Below, one piece after another: positions 26,056-41,026 of a stretch of DNA of 64,000 nt. A model generated the notes under the pieces. It saw only the letters and a list, made by a program, of their open reading frames with translations, did no database searches and was not told where the DNA came from. A program made the translations under genes and the position numbers. Numbering within the stretch: position 1 is the first letter of the stretch; each line of letters opens with the position of its first letter. The DNA comes from Octopus vulgaris (lineage: Eukaryota): NCBI GenBank assembly GCA_951406725.2, contig OX597816.1, positions 121,024,001 to 121,088,000 of the forward strand, written 5' to 3'.

Positions 26056-27256
26056 CAAAGGTTGGACAAAATAATGGAAACACCTTAAAATTTCAAACAA
26101 ATTTGTTTTTATATGAGTAGGACCGCCTTTGGCAATAATTACAGCTTGAATTCTACGAGGTATGGACTCGTTTGAATTGATTCCAAAGGAATTTTTGTCC
26201 ATTCTTCAGCTAAAACAGTCTCCAGTTTTTGTAGTCATGATGGTGGAGGATATCCTTGTTTTTCTAAAATGCACCATAAATGTTCAATAATATTGAGATC
26301 TGGGGACTGTGGTGGCCAGATACGATGTTCAACTTCACTAGAATGTTCCTCATGCTATTCAGTAACAAATTTAGCTGTGTGAATTGGTACATTATCATCC
26401 TGAAAGATTGTGTTTCCTCCTGGAAACAGTTCCGCAACCATAGGATGAATTTGATCACATAAAATGCTTAAATAGTCTTGACTATTAATTCTGCCATGTA
26501 GGGAAACCATTGGGCCGGCGGATTTCCAAGATATAGCCCCCACCCCTCGATCATCACAAATCCTCCTCTATGTTTAACAGTTGGAAGAAGACAGTCTGGG
26601 TCACATGCTTCTTTTGACTGCCTCCACACGTATACTTGGTCGGTGGTCGGAAATAAGATAAAGGATGACTCATCCGAGAAAATAACATTCTTTCACTTCT
26701 CTAGGGACCAATTCTGTAGGTTTTTACTCCACTCTAAACGCTTTTTTTTAAAGTAGTGGCTTTCTGATTGCAGCCCTCCCGTGAAATCCGGCTTTGTGCA
26801 GCTCCTGGTGAACAGTTTTGTGGAAACTGGGTTCTCGAGGTGGTCTGCAGTAATTTTGGAAGTTGTACTTTTATGATCCTTTCTAACAATTCACTTAAAA
26901 ATCAAACTGTCTCTATCTTCCGGAGTTTCGACGAGGAGGTTTTTCCCTCTTTCTCAAAGGCTGTCATTACTTTCGAGACAGTACTTGATACACCAAACAT
27001 TTCGGCTGTTTTCGTTACGCTAGCGCCTGCCATACAAACACCAAGAATTTGAGCTCTTTGTCATTTTAATGAATTTTAATTACCTTTTTCTGATGAAATC
27101 TGAAAAGAAACAGCAATTTTAGCTATACATATTAAATAACACTAATAATAAATAAAAAAACAACATAAAAATAAACAAGCTTTTGACGGTTTTATAGATA
27201 TTTCAAAATTATGATGCTATGATGCTAGTTGTTTCCATTATTTTGTCCAACCCCTG
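26056..27256 (-). mobile_element. Degenerate Tc1 transposon with both ends
   Basis: TIRs CAAAGGTTGGACAAAATAATGGAAAC / GTTTCCATTATTTTGTCCAACCCCTG with TA duplication; FSDES, IFQDDNVPIH and SPDLNIIEHL motifs. Confidence 0.92.
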
Positions 27257-27259
27257 TAA

Positions 27260-27487
27260 GTGTATGTATGTATGTATGTATGTATGTATGTATGTATGTA
27301 TGTATGTATGTATGTATGTATGTATGTATGTATGCATGCATGCATGTATTTATGTATGTATGTATTATGTATGTATGTATGTATGTACGTATGTATGTAT
27401 GTATGTATGTATGCATGCATGCATGTATGTATGTATGAATGTATGTATGTATGTATATATGTATGTATGTATGTAAGTATGTATGTA
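27260..27487. repeat. (TATG)n microsatellite
   Basis: Direct inspection. Confidence 0.95.
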
Positions 27488-27667
27488 TACACACACGCAC
27501 CTGCATACACATATGTGTATGCTTGTGTGTGTGCGAGTGTATGCAGGCATGTATCCGCTATACATAAATGCATAATTTTTTTATATTATTCTCGCATTCT
27601 TTTCGGCCACATTCCCTCTTTTTATATTTCCTAGTTATTATTTAATAACTTATCTTTTCCTTTTCAG

Positions 27668-27810
27668 ATTATTACTCATTCATCAAAAATCAGCTAAGTC
27701 GAAAAGGGATTTTATTTACAAAGTCAAGTTTAACTACAGAAGAACACCTGTCACTAGGAAGGGACCAGATAATTTCACATGAATTTCCGGTCATAAAATT
27801 GCTGTGTTAA
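27668..27810 (+). other. Candidate exon (coding status uncertain)
   Basis: Strong acceptor ttatcttttccttttcag; phase-1 frame open for 46 codons (YYSFIKNQLSRKG...IKLLC*); no recognised homology. Confidence 0.25.
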
Positions 27811-27977
27811 TAGCCGATGGTGCGGGATAGAGAAAGCCTTCATTTTTTTTTTCTTTTTTCTTTTGAAGATGAAAAGTAAAGCAATATCTACATCTGAATC
27901 GAATTATTTAAGGAATTATGGCCGAAATACAATTAAAAGTAAAAGTGTTTGTGTATCTGTAGAGAGATGTCAAAACA

Positions 27978-29451
27978 TTCTTTTCTACTCGAGGCACGAG
28001 GCCCGAAATTTTTGGAGAGGGGGCTAGTCGATTAGAACGACCCCAGTACACAACCAGTACTTAATTTATCGACCCCGAAAGGATGAAAGGCAAAGTTGAC
28101 CTCGGCGGAATTTGAACTCAGAACGCAAAAACAGAGGAAATACCTATTTCTTTATTATCCACAAGGGGTTAAACATAGAGGGGACAAACAAGGACAGACA
28201 TAGGTATTAAGTCGATTACATCGACCCCATGCGTAACTGGTACTTAATTTATCGACCCCGAAAGGATGAAAGGTAAAGTCGACCTCGGCGGAATTTGAAC
28301 TCACAACGTAACGGCAGACGAAATACCGCTAAGCATTTTGCCCGGCGTGCTAACGTTTCTGCTAGCTCGCCGCCAATGTAAAGTGAGCATAATCTTTTCT
28401 ACTCTAGGCATAAGGCCCGAAATTTTGAGGAGGGGGACAGTTGATTAGAACGACCCAGTACACAACTGGTACTTTATTTATCAACCGCGAAAGGATGAAA
28501 GGCAAAGTCAACCTGGGCAGAGTTTGAATTCAGAACGTGAAGACAGACAAAATACCTATTTCTTTACTACCCACAAGGGGCTAAACACAGAGAGGACAGA
28601 CAAGGACAGACAAATAGATCAAGTCGATTATATCGACCCCAGGGCGTAACTGGAACTTATTTAATCGACCCCGAAAGGATGAAAGGCAAAGTCGACCTCG
28701 GCGGAATTTGAACTCAGAACGTAGCAGCAGACGAAATAGCGCTTAGCATTTCGCCCTGCGTGCTAACGTTTCTTATTTCTTTATTGCCCACAAGGGGCTA
28801 AACATAGAGGGGACAAACAAGGACAGACAAAGGGATTAAGTCGCTTACATCGACCCCAGTGCGCAACTGGTACTTAATTTATCGACCCCGAAAGGATGAA
28901 AGGCAAAGTCGACCTCGGCGGAATTTGAACTCAGAACGTAATGACAGACGAAAAAGCTATTTCTTTACTACCCACAAGGGGCTAAATACAGAGAGGACAA
29001 AGGATGAAAGGCAAAGTCGACTTCGGCGGAATTTGAACTCAGAACGTAGCGGCAGACGAAATACCGCTTAGCATTTCGCCCGGCGTGCTAACGTTTTTTA
29101 TTTCTTTATTTCTTTATAGGGATTAAGTCGCTTACATCGACCATCGACCCCGAAAGGATGAAAAGCAAAGTCGACCTCGGCGGAATTTGAACTCAGAACG
29201 TAATGACAGACGAAATACCTATTTCTTTACTACTCAGAAGGGGCTAAATACAGAGAGGACAAACAAGGACAGACAAACGGATTAAGTCGATTATATCGAC
29301 CCCAGTGCTGCGTAACTGGTACTTAATTTATCGACCCCGAAAGGATGAAAGTCAAAGTCGACCTCGGCGGAATTTGAACTCAGAACGTAACGGCAGACGG
29401 CAGACGAAAGCATTCGCCAGCAGCTAACGTTTCTGCCAGCTCGCCACCTTG
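27978..29451 (-). mobile_element. Tandem array of SINE family A units
   Basis: Core 'aaggatgaaa.gcaaagt..acct.ggc' occurs 8 times (~28077, 28260, 28490, 28673, 28890, 28999, 29152, 29339). Confidence 0.9.
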
Positions 29452-29659
29452 AGATGTCAAAATATTGATATAAAATATTCGGGTGGCTGTGTGGGAAGAA
29501 GTTTGCTTACCAACCATGAAGTTCCGGGTTAAGACACACTGTATGGTGCCTTTTGTAAGTCTCTTCTAGGATAGCCCCGAGCCAATGAAGATCTTGCGAG
29601 CGGATTTAATAAGCGGAAACTGCAAGAAGCCTGAGATGTATGTGAACCGTTAATCACTA

Positions 29660-29862
29660 TACATTTTTTTTTATCTCTCTCTCCTTTTTTGGGTGTTTCC
29701 TCTCCATTTTCTTTTTTTTTTTTTGCCTCTGAATCCTTTCTGACGAAGACCGTGGGATCGAAACTTCAAAGACTTTTCCATTCTTCTTGAGCGTTAAACT
29801 AATACACCTGCTTGTTATGCCCTCACCTGTCTTCGTCTTTTGTTTTCTGTAAATTTGAACTA
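29660..29862 (+). ncRNA. PLE terminal fragment with minimal hammerhead
   Basis: CTTT-CTGACGA-A-GACC gtgg GATC-GAAAC-T-TC-AAAG at 29736-29771; downstream sequence matches the 45350-45450 PLE end. Confidence 0.7.
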
Positions 29863-29917
29863 TACATATGTGTGTGTGTGTGCGCGTGCGTGTGTGTGTG
29901 TGTGTGGGTGAGTGAGT

Positions 29918-30433
29918 ACTCTTTTACATGCTTCAGTCATTTGACTACTCCCATGCTACAGCACCGCCTCTAGTCGAACAAATCGATCCTAGGACTTATT
30001 CTTTGTATGCCTAGTACTTATTTTATCGGTCTCTTTTTCCGAACAACTAAGTTTCGGGGACATAAACACACCAACATCGGTTGTCAAGCGATAGTGGTGG
30101 GTCAAACACAAAACACATACACACACATAAAGATATAAACACACACACATACATCGTTCGTCGTTTAACGTCCGTTCTCCATGCTAGCATGGGTTGGACG
30201 GTTCGACCGGAGATCTGGGAAGCCAGAAGGCTGCACCAGGCTCCAGTCTTATCTGGCAATGTTTCTACAGCTGGATGCCCTTCCTAACGCCAACCACTCC
30301 GTGAGTGTAATGGGTGCTTTTTACGTGCCACCTGCACAGGTGCCAGGCGAGGCTGGCAACGGCCACGGTCGGATTGGTGTATTTTATATGCCACCGGCAC
30401 AGAAGCCAGTCGAGGCGGCGCTGGCAACGGCCA

Positions 30434-30475
<42 letters not shown>

Positions 30476-30590
30476 GACGGTCTTCTTTCAGTTTCTGTCC
30501 ACCAAATCCACTCACAAGGCTATAGTAGAAGACACTTGCTCAAGGTGCCACGCAGTGGGACTGAACCCGGAATCATGTGGTTGGGAAAAC
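29918..30590 (-). mobile_element. SINE family B with a nested retroelement 3' fragment (~30152-30434)
   Basis: Family B halves flank an unrelated GC-rich segment containing 'ggatgcccttcctaacgccaacc', inserted in the internal microsatellite. Confidence 0.75.
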
Positions 30591-31245
30591 ACTATTTCTA
30601 TTTCACCTTTTTATTATTTGTTAATTGGCTAGCTACTAAACCAATTAACTAATCGATTGTTTGGTTAATCATTTGGTTAATCAATCAATCCGTTTGTCAG
30701 AGTCTTTTCGTCGCCATTAAAGACCTCTTCAATGATATGCTCCATCTACTCTAGGTCAATTGCAGATCTAAAGGTCCGAGGCTTATCTAGATTCTTGAAT
30801 CGGACGGTGCGTTGCATTCATGAGCAAAGCTTTTCATTGCTGGTTGCCCCAGTCTATTCATGAGTAAAACGTTTCATTGCTTGTTGCTCCAGGTCTATTA
30901 AATTGTGTAAGAATTCCAGCAATAGCAAGGAGGTTAACACTGCAACGAGCTGGCCTCTTGTTCAAGGGTGTGTAGGTGGAGTGGGCGTAATCTCAGACAC
31001 TTATCTGCTATAAACCTGGTTTACGTTCCTTAGGAATTCTCGCGCTCATGACAGAGCTAACCTACCACTAGTGTGAAGCTGTATTTATTGATCCTTTCCT
31101 TTTCTTTAGATAACATCAATGGTGTTGAGTGGGAGAGGATTACTGCATAAGTAACTGCTGCTTATTCATAAAAGGATAAGAATAACTCACCAAGGCCGAT
31201 GCTATGGAATGTAACATTCGACGTGCTGATACACTGAAGTCTTTA

Positions 31246-31358
<113 letters not shown>

Positions 31359-32349
31359 GCCTGCCTGTCTGTCTGTCTGTCTGTCTAAATATCTATCAAT
31401 TCAGCTTTTTGCCGAATGACCTGTGCAAATAATATTTATAGTGATCGAAAGCTCGTGTCGTACACTAGCTCACTCACTCTCTCAAATCGATGTTGTCTGA
31501 ACAGGTACACTGTCTACCATGTGTTAGGTGTTGAAGTGATTGCAAAGCAGCGTGATATGAAGTGTTTTGCACAAGAACACAACGCATCACCCGATCTAGA
31601 AATCGAAATCACGATCGCTAAATCGTGAGTGCAACACCCTAACCATTGTGCCATGCACCCTTACACACACTCACACAATTTTATTTTTTATTGATAGATA
31701 GGACGTGTATCTACTGGGATGTTTATGCTTTCCTCAAGGAAAATTTTGGTCACGATCTTCCATCTATTATTGAATGAGGGCTCTTTCGCCTTGTATAAAG
31801 ATATCCGTTCCTCTGCTCGGAATATACCTTGAATTCTCAAAGCACACGACATAACGAGGTTAATGTAAAAGTGACAAAATCCACCATGGGTGATTAGGTT
31901 TAACATTCGCCAATCGCCCTGATTGCAAGCATTCGAACTATGTTTCCGCTCTAATGCTAATTCAATATTTCAATGATTTGCTTCCTATTGCAGTACTTCT
32001 CATGTCGTAAGTTTATCCCCCACCCCCCACCCTTCGCTCGAGACCTCACAAAATATCCTTGACGCTACTTTTTCTTCTCTGTAAGCCAAAGAAAACAGAC
32101 ATACATATAACCAGACAGAAATGCACATAAAGACACACACACACATACACATACTCACTCTCTCCGCCTCTCTCTCTATCGCTTTCTTTCTTCATTCTTT
32201 TGGTCTTTATAAAGAAAGCAAAACCCACCTGATAAGTTATTCTGTAAGTATAAGTAAGTAAATGGCATGACTATTAAAAAATGCAACATATGAGCAAAAC
32301 GGTTTATTACTGAAGTTTGCTAAATGCGATAGTTCTTCAGTGTATTCTT

Positions 32350-32382
<33 letters not shown>

Positions 32383-32415
32383 CGCTCTCCCTCACTCCCT
32401 CACTCACTCACTCAC

Positions 32416-32456
<41 letters not shown>

Positions 32457-32979
32457 GGTACAGCATAGGTACACTATGTTTGAAAAAAAACCTCATGTAG
32501 GTCTCCTCTAATAGGGTTAATTCGGAGCTTGCCAATAATCAATTAACCAGTCAATGTACTAATGTTGCCCCACCCTTCAACCAATGCCGTAACCAACTCC
32601 CTCACTACAACCAATATGTGTATGTGTATATATACTTACATGCGTATACATACATATGCATATTCATACACCAAAATATACATACATGTATACATACATA
32701 TAGAAAGTTGAACATATTCCTGTTAAAAGCCCTATAAAAGTTAGACCAAACATAACGAATGATCTAGGACAGAGAAAAGCTTGTGTATACAGTAACATAA
32801 ATTATATCACTTGCTTAGCAGTCGTTAACATAACGATATAGACATAAGAAAAAGAAAACATCTGTAACAAATTAATGAAAGATACAAAGTTACTGTCAAA
32901 GTTGCTGAACAAAACCGTAAAGAACATGGCTTATCAGGAAATTGTAATTACAAGCTATGAATTGAACCTTAAAAATATT

Positions 32980-33190
32980 GGCTTCAAATTTTGGTACAAG
33001 GTTATCAATTTCAGGGTATGGGGTAAGTCGATTACATCGATCCCAGTGCTCGACTGGTACTTATTTTATCGACCTCGAAAGCGATGAAAAGTAAAGTCGA
33101 TCTCGACGGAATTTGAACTAAGAACGTAAAGACAGACGAAATGCCGCTAAGCATTTTTCCTGCTGTGCTAATGATTCTGTCAACTCGCGA
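32980..33190 (-). mobile_element. SINE family A
   Basis: Family A core. Confidence 0.75.
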
Positions 33191-34696
33191 AAACATTCTT
33201 GAAGTTTACCCTGCAGCGTGTTTATATAGAAATCTATGTCTATACATACATAGATACTTTCTTATATGCATACATACATACGCGCGCACACACACATACA
33301 TGCACACACACATGCATTCATACACACATCCATCTATCAATTCATTCAATCATCCATCGAGCCATACATACATACATACATACATTCATTCATTCATATA
33401 TACATACATACATACATACATACACACATGCATACATACATACATACATACATACATACATACATACATACATACATACATACATACATACATACATACA
33501 TACATACATACATACATACATACATACATACATACATACATGCATGCATACATACTATGGACAACTGTTTCGAAGCTTTTAGTTTCTATACTCAGATTAT
33601 AATCCATATTTATACCAACAGTAATTGGTACACATGGTTTTATAACAACTGGAAAAGCGAGGATATTCAGGAAAAGAAATAAGCCAACTAATTCGCAAAC
33701 TACAAATACAATTTGTAAGCAGAACAGTAAAAATATACAAGACTTTTCTTAAGTTCAAAATGTGACATTCCAGCAACGGAGCTTTGTATCTTTAACTGAG
33801 ACCTGCCCCTTCTTCAAAGGAAGATTTCAAATAATTATAAATCGAACAGAAGTATACATACAAAAGGATGTTCACATTCATAAATCAAGTCATACAGTTC
33901 TCGCATGCAATGTCATGCTTGGGCATTCATGACTACCTCGTGATATTTAAATTTCAATGGGAGTGCCTAGTTTCAAAGATAGGAGTTGGCTCATCTACTA
34001 TTAGTGATATATATTAAATATTTAACCAAAATAATACATATATAGTGCATAATTTTGACATTATACGAATTTAGGAATATTCGAGAGAGCGTGAAATAGT
34101 TCATTTTTGGAACGGTGAATCTCAAAGCAGGCAAAACTATAAACAATAATTTGTAGATGTTAGGTAAAAAAAAAACCTTTGGATAGAAACATTGACTTTA
34201 TCTATCCAATGTTTGTTTTTGTTTTTTTTCCCCACGATATTTACTCGCTATTGTTTATAGCTTCATTTGCTTCGAGGTTCGTTGTTCTAAAAAAAAAAAA
34301 AATCATGAATTTTCTCTTATTCAGAACCTAGAGTTTCGGTTTTCAGTAAACGGCCATTTGGTAAGTCCACAGGAGCCAAGAAATAAATAAAATTGAAATA
34401 TAACATATAATAAAAGTTTTCTGTAAAAATTGTAAAAAAAGAGAAATATGAAATTAAACATTAAAAAAATTAAACCTCGTATTGTGATTGAAGAAAATTA
34501 TTGAAAACGTTCTTCGTCGCGTTCTTGTCTAGAGAAGGAAAGCTGTCATAAAATGAAAACGTTTCGTCTTGTCCGCGCCTTCATGACAGGAAGCTGTTCT
34601 GGCTTTAGAAATAAATTAATGGACATGAAGGAACTACAATCCAGTGTTTGAGTTTGTTTATTTGTGTGCGTGTGCGTGTGTCTGTGTTTGCGTGAA

Positions 34697-34745
<49 letters not shown>

Positions 34746-34764
34746 ATATTCTTTTCTTTCTTTT

Positions 34765-35156
34765 ATTCTTTTACTTGTTTCAGTCATTTGACTGCGGCCA
34801 TTCTGGAGCACCGCCTTTAATCGAGCAAATCGACCCGGGACTTATTCTTTTGTAAGCCCAGTACTTATTCTATCGGTCTCTTTTGCCGAACCGCTAAGTG
34901 ACGGGGACGTAAACACACCAGCATCGGTTGTCAAGCAATGCTCGGGGGACAAACACAGACACACAAACATACACACGCATATATATATATATACATATAT
35001 ACGACGACGGGCTTCTTTCAGTTTCCGTCTACCAAATCCACTCACAAGGCTTTGGTCGGCCCGAGGCTATAGTAGAAGACACTTGCCCAAGGTGCCACGC
35101 AGTGGGACTGAACCCGGAACCATGTGGTTGGTAAACACGCTACTTACCACACTTAC

Positions 35157-35160
<4 letters not shown>
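34765..35160 (-). mobile_element. SINE family B, young copy
   Basis: Near-identical to the 35955, 39147 and 59940 copies. Confidence 0.9.
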
Positions 35161-35235
<75 letters not shown>

Positions 35236-35470
35236 TTCATATGATAATGTATTAAATGCACTATATATATTTGATATAGATGCATGTATTACACACACAC
35301 ACATTAAATATGTATATGGTAGCATAGATATAGGCAATCTGTACACATACATGTACATCTGTATGCGTGTGTGTGTCGTTATATACGTATATGAGAGAGA
35401 GAGAAGTGGGGAGAGTATGTACGCACGCGTATGTGTGTGTGTGTGTGTGTGTGTATGTGTGTGTGTATGT

Positions 35471-35516
<46 letters not shown>

Positions 35517-35954
35517 GAGAGTAAGAGAGAAATTAACTGACTTATAAAGTTCATGTATGAAGTTTACTTCACGGCGTAGCATCATTATCTAATTATTGTT
35601 TTATACTTCAGCTCGTCCGTTCGGAATGTGGTGATAGCGGTCAGGTTCAATTATCCATAATTAACCACCAAGGTTAACCCTTCGTACACATCTGCCAAAC
35701 AAGAAAGCCAAACAAGCATGACAGTTATATAGTAAAATAGTAGAATCTGTAGATTAAATGGATTAAACCTTTAACATTTAAACCGGTCATATCAGGCCCA
35801 TATAATCTACATGTTTTAATTTACTGACCAAATTCAGTTTCTCACACCGATTATACAATGTATTTCTAAATATATGCTGTCACATTAATGAAATCAAGAA
35901 GCAGTGAGATAATGCATGTTTAATTCAAACCAATTTGAATAGGTAACTCTTTTA

Positions 35955-36472
<518 letters not shown>

Positions 36473-36769
36473 ATAAGCATAACATTTTACAGAATAATCT
36501 GAATGCTAAAGAGTAAACTAAGCTAGATTAAGTTTTATGCCGTGAGGGAGATGAAGAGAAATCGTTTTGGGCTAAACCCTTCATCAGAGAGAAGAAATGC
36601 AAATATCAGTTCTATAGTCTTATAGGCTGACGGGACTGACTATGTCTTCCAACACCTTATAAGTGCCAACAACAAAGTAAAAACAAGCGACTGAGATTTG
36701 GACTCATACATACGATCTACTCATAGGTCTATAGGGTTGTTTTCTTCTATTCTTCTCTTCTTTTGTTCT

Positions 36770-37187
36770 TTTATTCTTTTACTTGCTTCACAGTCATTGG
36801 ACTGCAGTCATGCTGGGACATCACCTTGAAAGTTTTAGTCGAACAAATTGACCCCAGTACTTATTTTTCTTTAAAGCCAGGCACTTATTTTATTGGTCAC
36901 TTTTGTCGAAACGCTAAGTTACGGGAACGTAAACACACCAACACCAGCTGTCAAGCCGTGGGTGGTGGACAAACACAAAAACAAAGAGACACATACGCGC
37001 GCGCACGCCCCCCATACGTACATATACATACGACTGGCTTCTTTCAGTATTCGTCTACCATATCCAGTCACAAGGCGTTGCTCAGCCCGGAGCTATATTT
37101 GTAGACACTTGCCTAAGGTGCCACACAGTGGGACTGAACACTGAATCCTATGGTTGGGAAGTAATCTTCTTACCACACAACCACTCC
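36770..37187 (-). mobile_element. SINE family B, older copy
   Basis: Family B blocks. Confidence 0.75.
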
Positions 37188-37614
37188 TTTGTTTTCCTTT
37201 CTTTAATATTTTGTTGTTTTTGCTTTTTCACCGCTAGCATTTTATTTGCAAACCCCCCAAAAACTAAAAGCAAAGTCTAGCACGGCCAGATATGAATACA
37301 GAATGTAAACAGATGCAACTGAATGCCTCAGTTCCGGCGCTTTTATGATTCTGTCTAGTTTTTTCCTAGGCTTTTTCATGCATGTCTTCGTGTTGTTTGT
37401 AATTTAGAACGTTTCTGGACATAAACATCAACGACCACAGTATTACTATAAAAAGTAATGCCTTCGCCTTCTATTTGGTGTATTGATGTAATTTTCCACG
37501 CTGAATCACAGGATGTAATTCACTTTTTCTAGAAAATATATTTTTTTAAAAGTTACAGAGGTTTAACATCTGATAATTTTTGCCCAGTCATAAAACAGGA
37601 TTTGGAAGATATCA

Positions 37615-38355
37615 TTGTGTGCGACCAGAAGCTGAACAGGAGAATCGGGTTAGCAGCTTCGACCTTCGCCAAACTAGCTCAAAAAGTGTGGTTAAGCGGC
37701 AAGCTGACGTGATCCACCAAATTCACAGTCTATAAAGTATGTATCCTCAGCGCTTTACTATACGACGGTGAGAACTGGTGCCTTTACGCCAGACAAGAGC
37801 GCCGCCTGAATGCCTTCCATCTGTGCAACCATCGGAGAATTCTCAGGGTCAAGTGGAACGACCGCATCACCAACAACGAGATACTTACCCGTACCCAGCT
37901 ATTAAATACTCTCATACTACTTCAGCAACGTCGTCTCTGCTGGCTGGGACACGTTCACCGGATGCCTGATGAGAAGTTACCGAAAGATATACTGTACGGG
38001 GAGCTAGCCTCCGGCAGACGTGCTCTCGGACGACCACATCTCCGTTTCAAGGTTGTGTGCAAACGTGACTTGAAGGCCATGAGTATGAATACCAAAACTT
38101 GGGAGAACATGGCAAAAGACCGTTCCTGCTGGAGACAGACGCTGAGTACCACCCCGAGGGAAGGAGAAGATCATATACGTCAGACAACGGAGGACAGGCG
38201 GAGACGCAAGAAGACCGAACAAACAATTAACCGACCAATCGACCAACCACATTTGCGACTGTTGCAGCCGCAACTGTCACTTATGCATTGGCTTTGTCAA
38301 TCACAAGCGATGCTGCAACACCAATCCAATCCAAATCGCAGATCCATAGTCTTTC
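37615..38355 (+). mobile_element. RTE-clade LINE 3' fragment
   Basis: RRIGLAASTF, LLYDGENW, RRILRVKWNDRITNNEIL, QRRLCWLGHVHRMPDEKLPKDILYGEL..GRR..GRP motifs. Confidence 0.9.
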
Positions 38356-39146
38356 GAGTCATCACTGTGTGTGTGACAGCACGTGTTGTCAACTGTAAAC
38401 AAATGAAATAGCTTTTACCTTTTCTTGAATTTTCTGAAGCTTTTTTGCGAATTTGTATTCTACACACAGGAATTCACATGATTATACAAAAACCGCACAC
38501 ACACACAAAAAAAAAGAAAAATGGTGCATGGTTTAAGGCCTTTTTAGCTATTATTTTTAGCACACCTCATACTGCATATTTCAAGCATTTAATAAGCGAC
38601 AAAAAGAACACGTGGCACAGCTCCGTAACAACTTAGCTTGTTACAATGGAAACATGCACCTATATGTCTGGCTTTTGATTGGCTAAAATTACCCAAAATT
38701 TGCAAACTTTAAAACTCATCAACTCTTTATTGATTTATGGCGAAAAAGAAATTTCATGTCAATGATTGATTTACAAAACTATACCAATACGCCAAGTATG
38801 AAATCAGTTGCAACAAAAATTGAAGAAATTGAAAAGTGGCTGCCAAAGAGAAAAGATCCGACGCAAGCTCAGTGCAAGCCCAATCACTCTGGCTATTCAC
38901 GACATTCATTCACCTTTCTCCACTCTAGCCTTGTTTTGGAAAGAAAAAAAAAACATGATGGTAACAGAATAGAATGATCTTGTGCACGTTTGTTCATAGG
39001 CCTTCTCAATCAGGACAGACCTTGTGATAAACAACAGCAACAACAATAACGATAACACAAATGAATAAATGCAATAATAAATGTATATAAGAGAGTGAGC
39101 AAAAGGTTTAGTTTTTGTGCTCATCTCTCTCGTATCCAATGACGTT

Positions 39147-39364
39147 ACTCTTTTACTTGTTTCAGTCATTTGACTGTGGCTATGCGGGAGCACCACCTTT
39201 AGTCGAGCAAATCGAATCCAGGACTTATTCTTTGTACGCCTAGTACTTATTCTATCGGTCTCTTTTGCCGAACCGCTAAGTGACGGGGACGTAAACACAC
39301 CAGCATCGGTTGTCAAGCGATGTTGGGGTGACAAGCACAGACACGCAAACATACACACACACAC

Positions 39365-39413
<49 letters not shown>

Positions 39414-39580
39414 CATATATACGACGGGCTTGTTTCAGTTTCCGTCAACCAAATCCACTCACAAGGCTTTGGTCGGCCCGAGGCTATAGTGGAAGACACT
39501 TGCCCAAGGTGCCACGCAGTGGGACTGAACCATGTGGTTGGTAAGCAAGCTACTTACCACACAGCCACTCCTACGCCTAT
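39147..39580 (-). mobile_element. SINE family B, full length
   Basis: Family B head through tail. Confidence 0.9.
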
Positions 39581-39992
39581 ATGAAATAAAATAATTACAA
39601 GTAGAGATCAAAACCGGTGTGTGTACTCGATTTGTCCAGGATTTTTACTTCTTAAAATTTGGGGATCGTAAAGGATATTTAACGAGTGGGTGGTTAGCTG
39701 GATTACGGACGGTGGCTCATTATAATCTATAACGACGATGACGACGATGATGATTATGATTGTGATGAAGACAGCGACGACGACGACGATGAAAACAGCG
39801 GCGGCGAGGTCGACAACTACATGGATGAAGGTTGATGATGACATTTATTGGGATGAGGAGGATGATTTAAGGGTCAGATTAGGGCCCAGCATGGCAGCGG
39901 CCGACATCCACACCTTTGAGCCATTTCCCACACCCTCATTACTGACACTGCCACCGCTACCAATATACCACTCCTCCTCCACTTACTACTAT

Positions 39993-40040
<48 letters not shown>

Positions 40041-41026
40041 CGTCATCGCCACCACGACCGTTAGTTTCCCCTTGTTATTAGTATTATTATTACTACTACT
40101 ACTACCACCACTACCACTACAACTACTACTACAAACACCGTCACTACTACTACCACTACTACAGCAGCCACTGACTTGTAGGAAACATTACCAGATTTGC
40201 CGGTTCTTTACTCTGGAGACACTAATAGCCTACACACTTGACCTGCATCCGCAGGGGTTACGCTCCTGTTGACCCTGGTTGTGAGAAGAACATTTCACGA
40301 GCGCCAAACTAATTGTCAACGACTTCCTGTGTGTATGAGTGTGCACGTGTGTGAATGTGGGAGTACGTGTGCGTTTATGTTTTTTGTGTACGTGTGTATA
40401 TTTTTTAGTGTATGTATGTATGATTGTATGTATGTAAGGTAAGTAGGTACATAGGTAGGGAGGTAGGAAGGTAGGAAAGTAGGTAGATATGTATGTACAC
40501 ACACACATACATGAATGAAAATAAAGAGGAATAGAAGTTAGGAAGCTTTTAGATGAGCAGGTTTCATATCTATTTTGTTTGTACAGATTTTGTGTATGTA
40601 TATATTTGTTTATGTATGTATGTATGTACACATGTTTTATGCGTGTATACGTGTATACATGTAAATACCCACACACTCACACACAGAAACACACACATAC
40701 ACAAACTGTTAGTTAGTAGCTGAGATGAATACTGATTGCAGATTTCGGTTCTTTTTTTTTTATGTTATCTTTGTTACTGTTGTTTTACAGCCCAAGGTCA
40801 ACCATCTCCGAGAAGACTATTGGCACGTACGCTGTACGTCGAACAACAATGAGCGATCTACAAGTGTTGAGGACCATATTGTACATTTTCGTATACGTTG
40901 CTACAACATTGATTCTTTCGGAACCTTTAGTTCCAGAGTCATTCTAGATTTTTCCAAAGCAAGTGTAGTCTCACTCTAAATGAAATATTAAATTTACTTG
41001 TGTGGTAAGAAGCTTGTTACCACACA

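Noticed and set aside
27978-29451. CRISPR-like repeat/spacer appearance
   Set aside because: Units are SINE fragments with homologous 'spacers'; eukaryotic context, no cas genes.
40790-40980. Signal-peptide-like ORF MSDLQVLRTILYIFVYVATTLILSEP after an acceptor
   Set aside because: Stops after 32 codons with no usable donor; may be an old antisense LINE relic.
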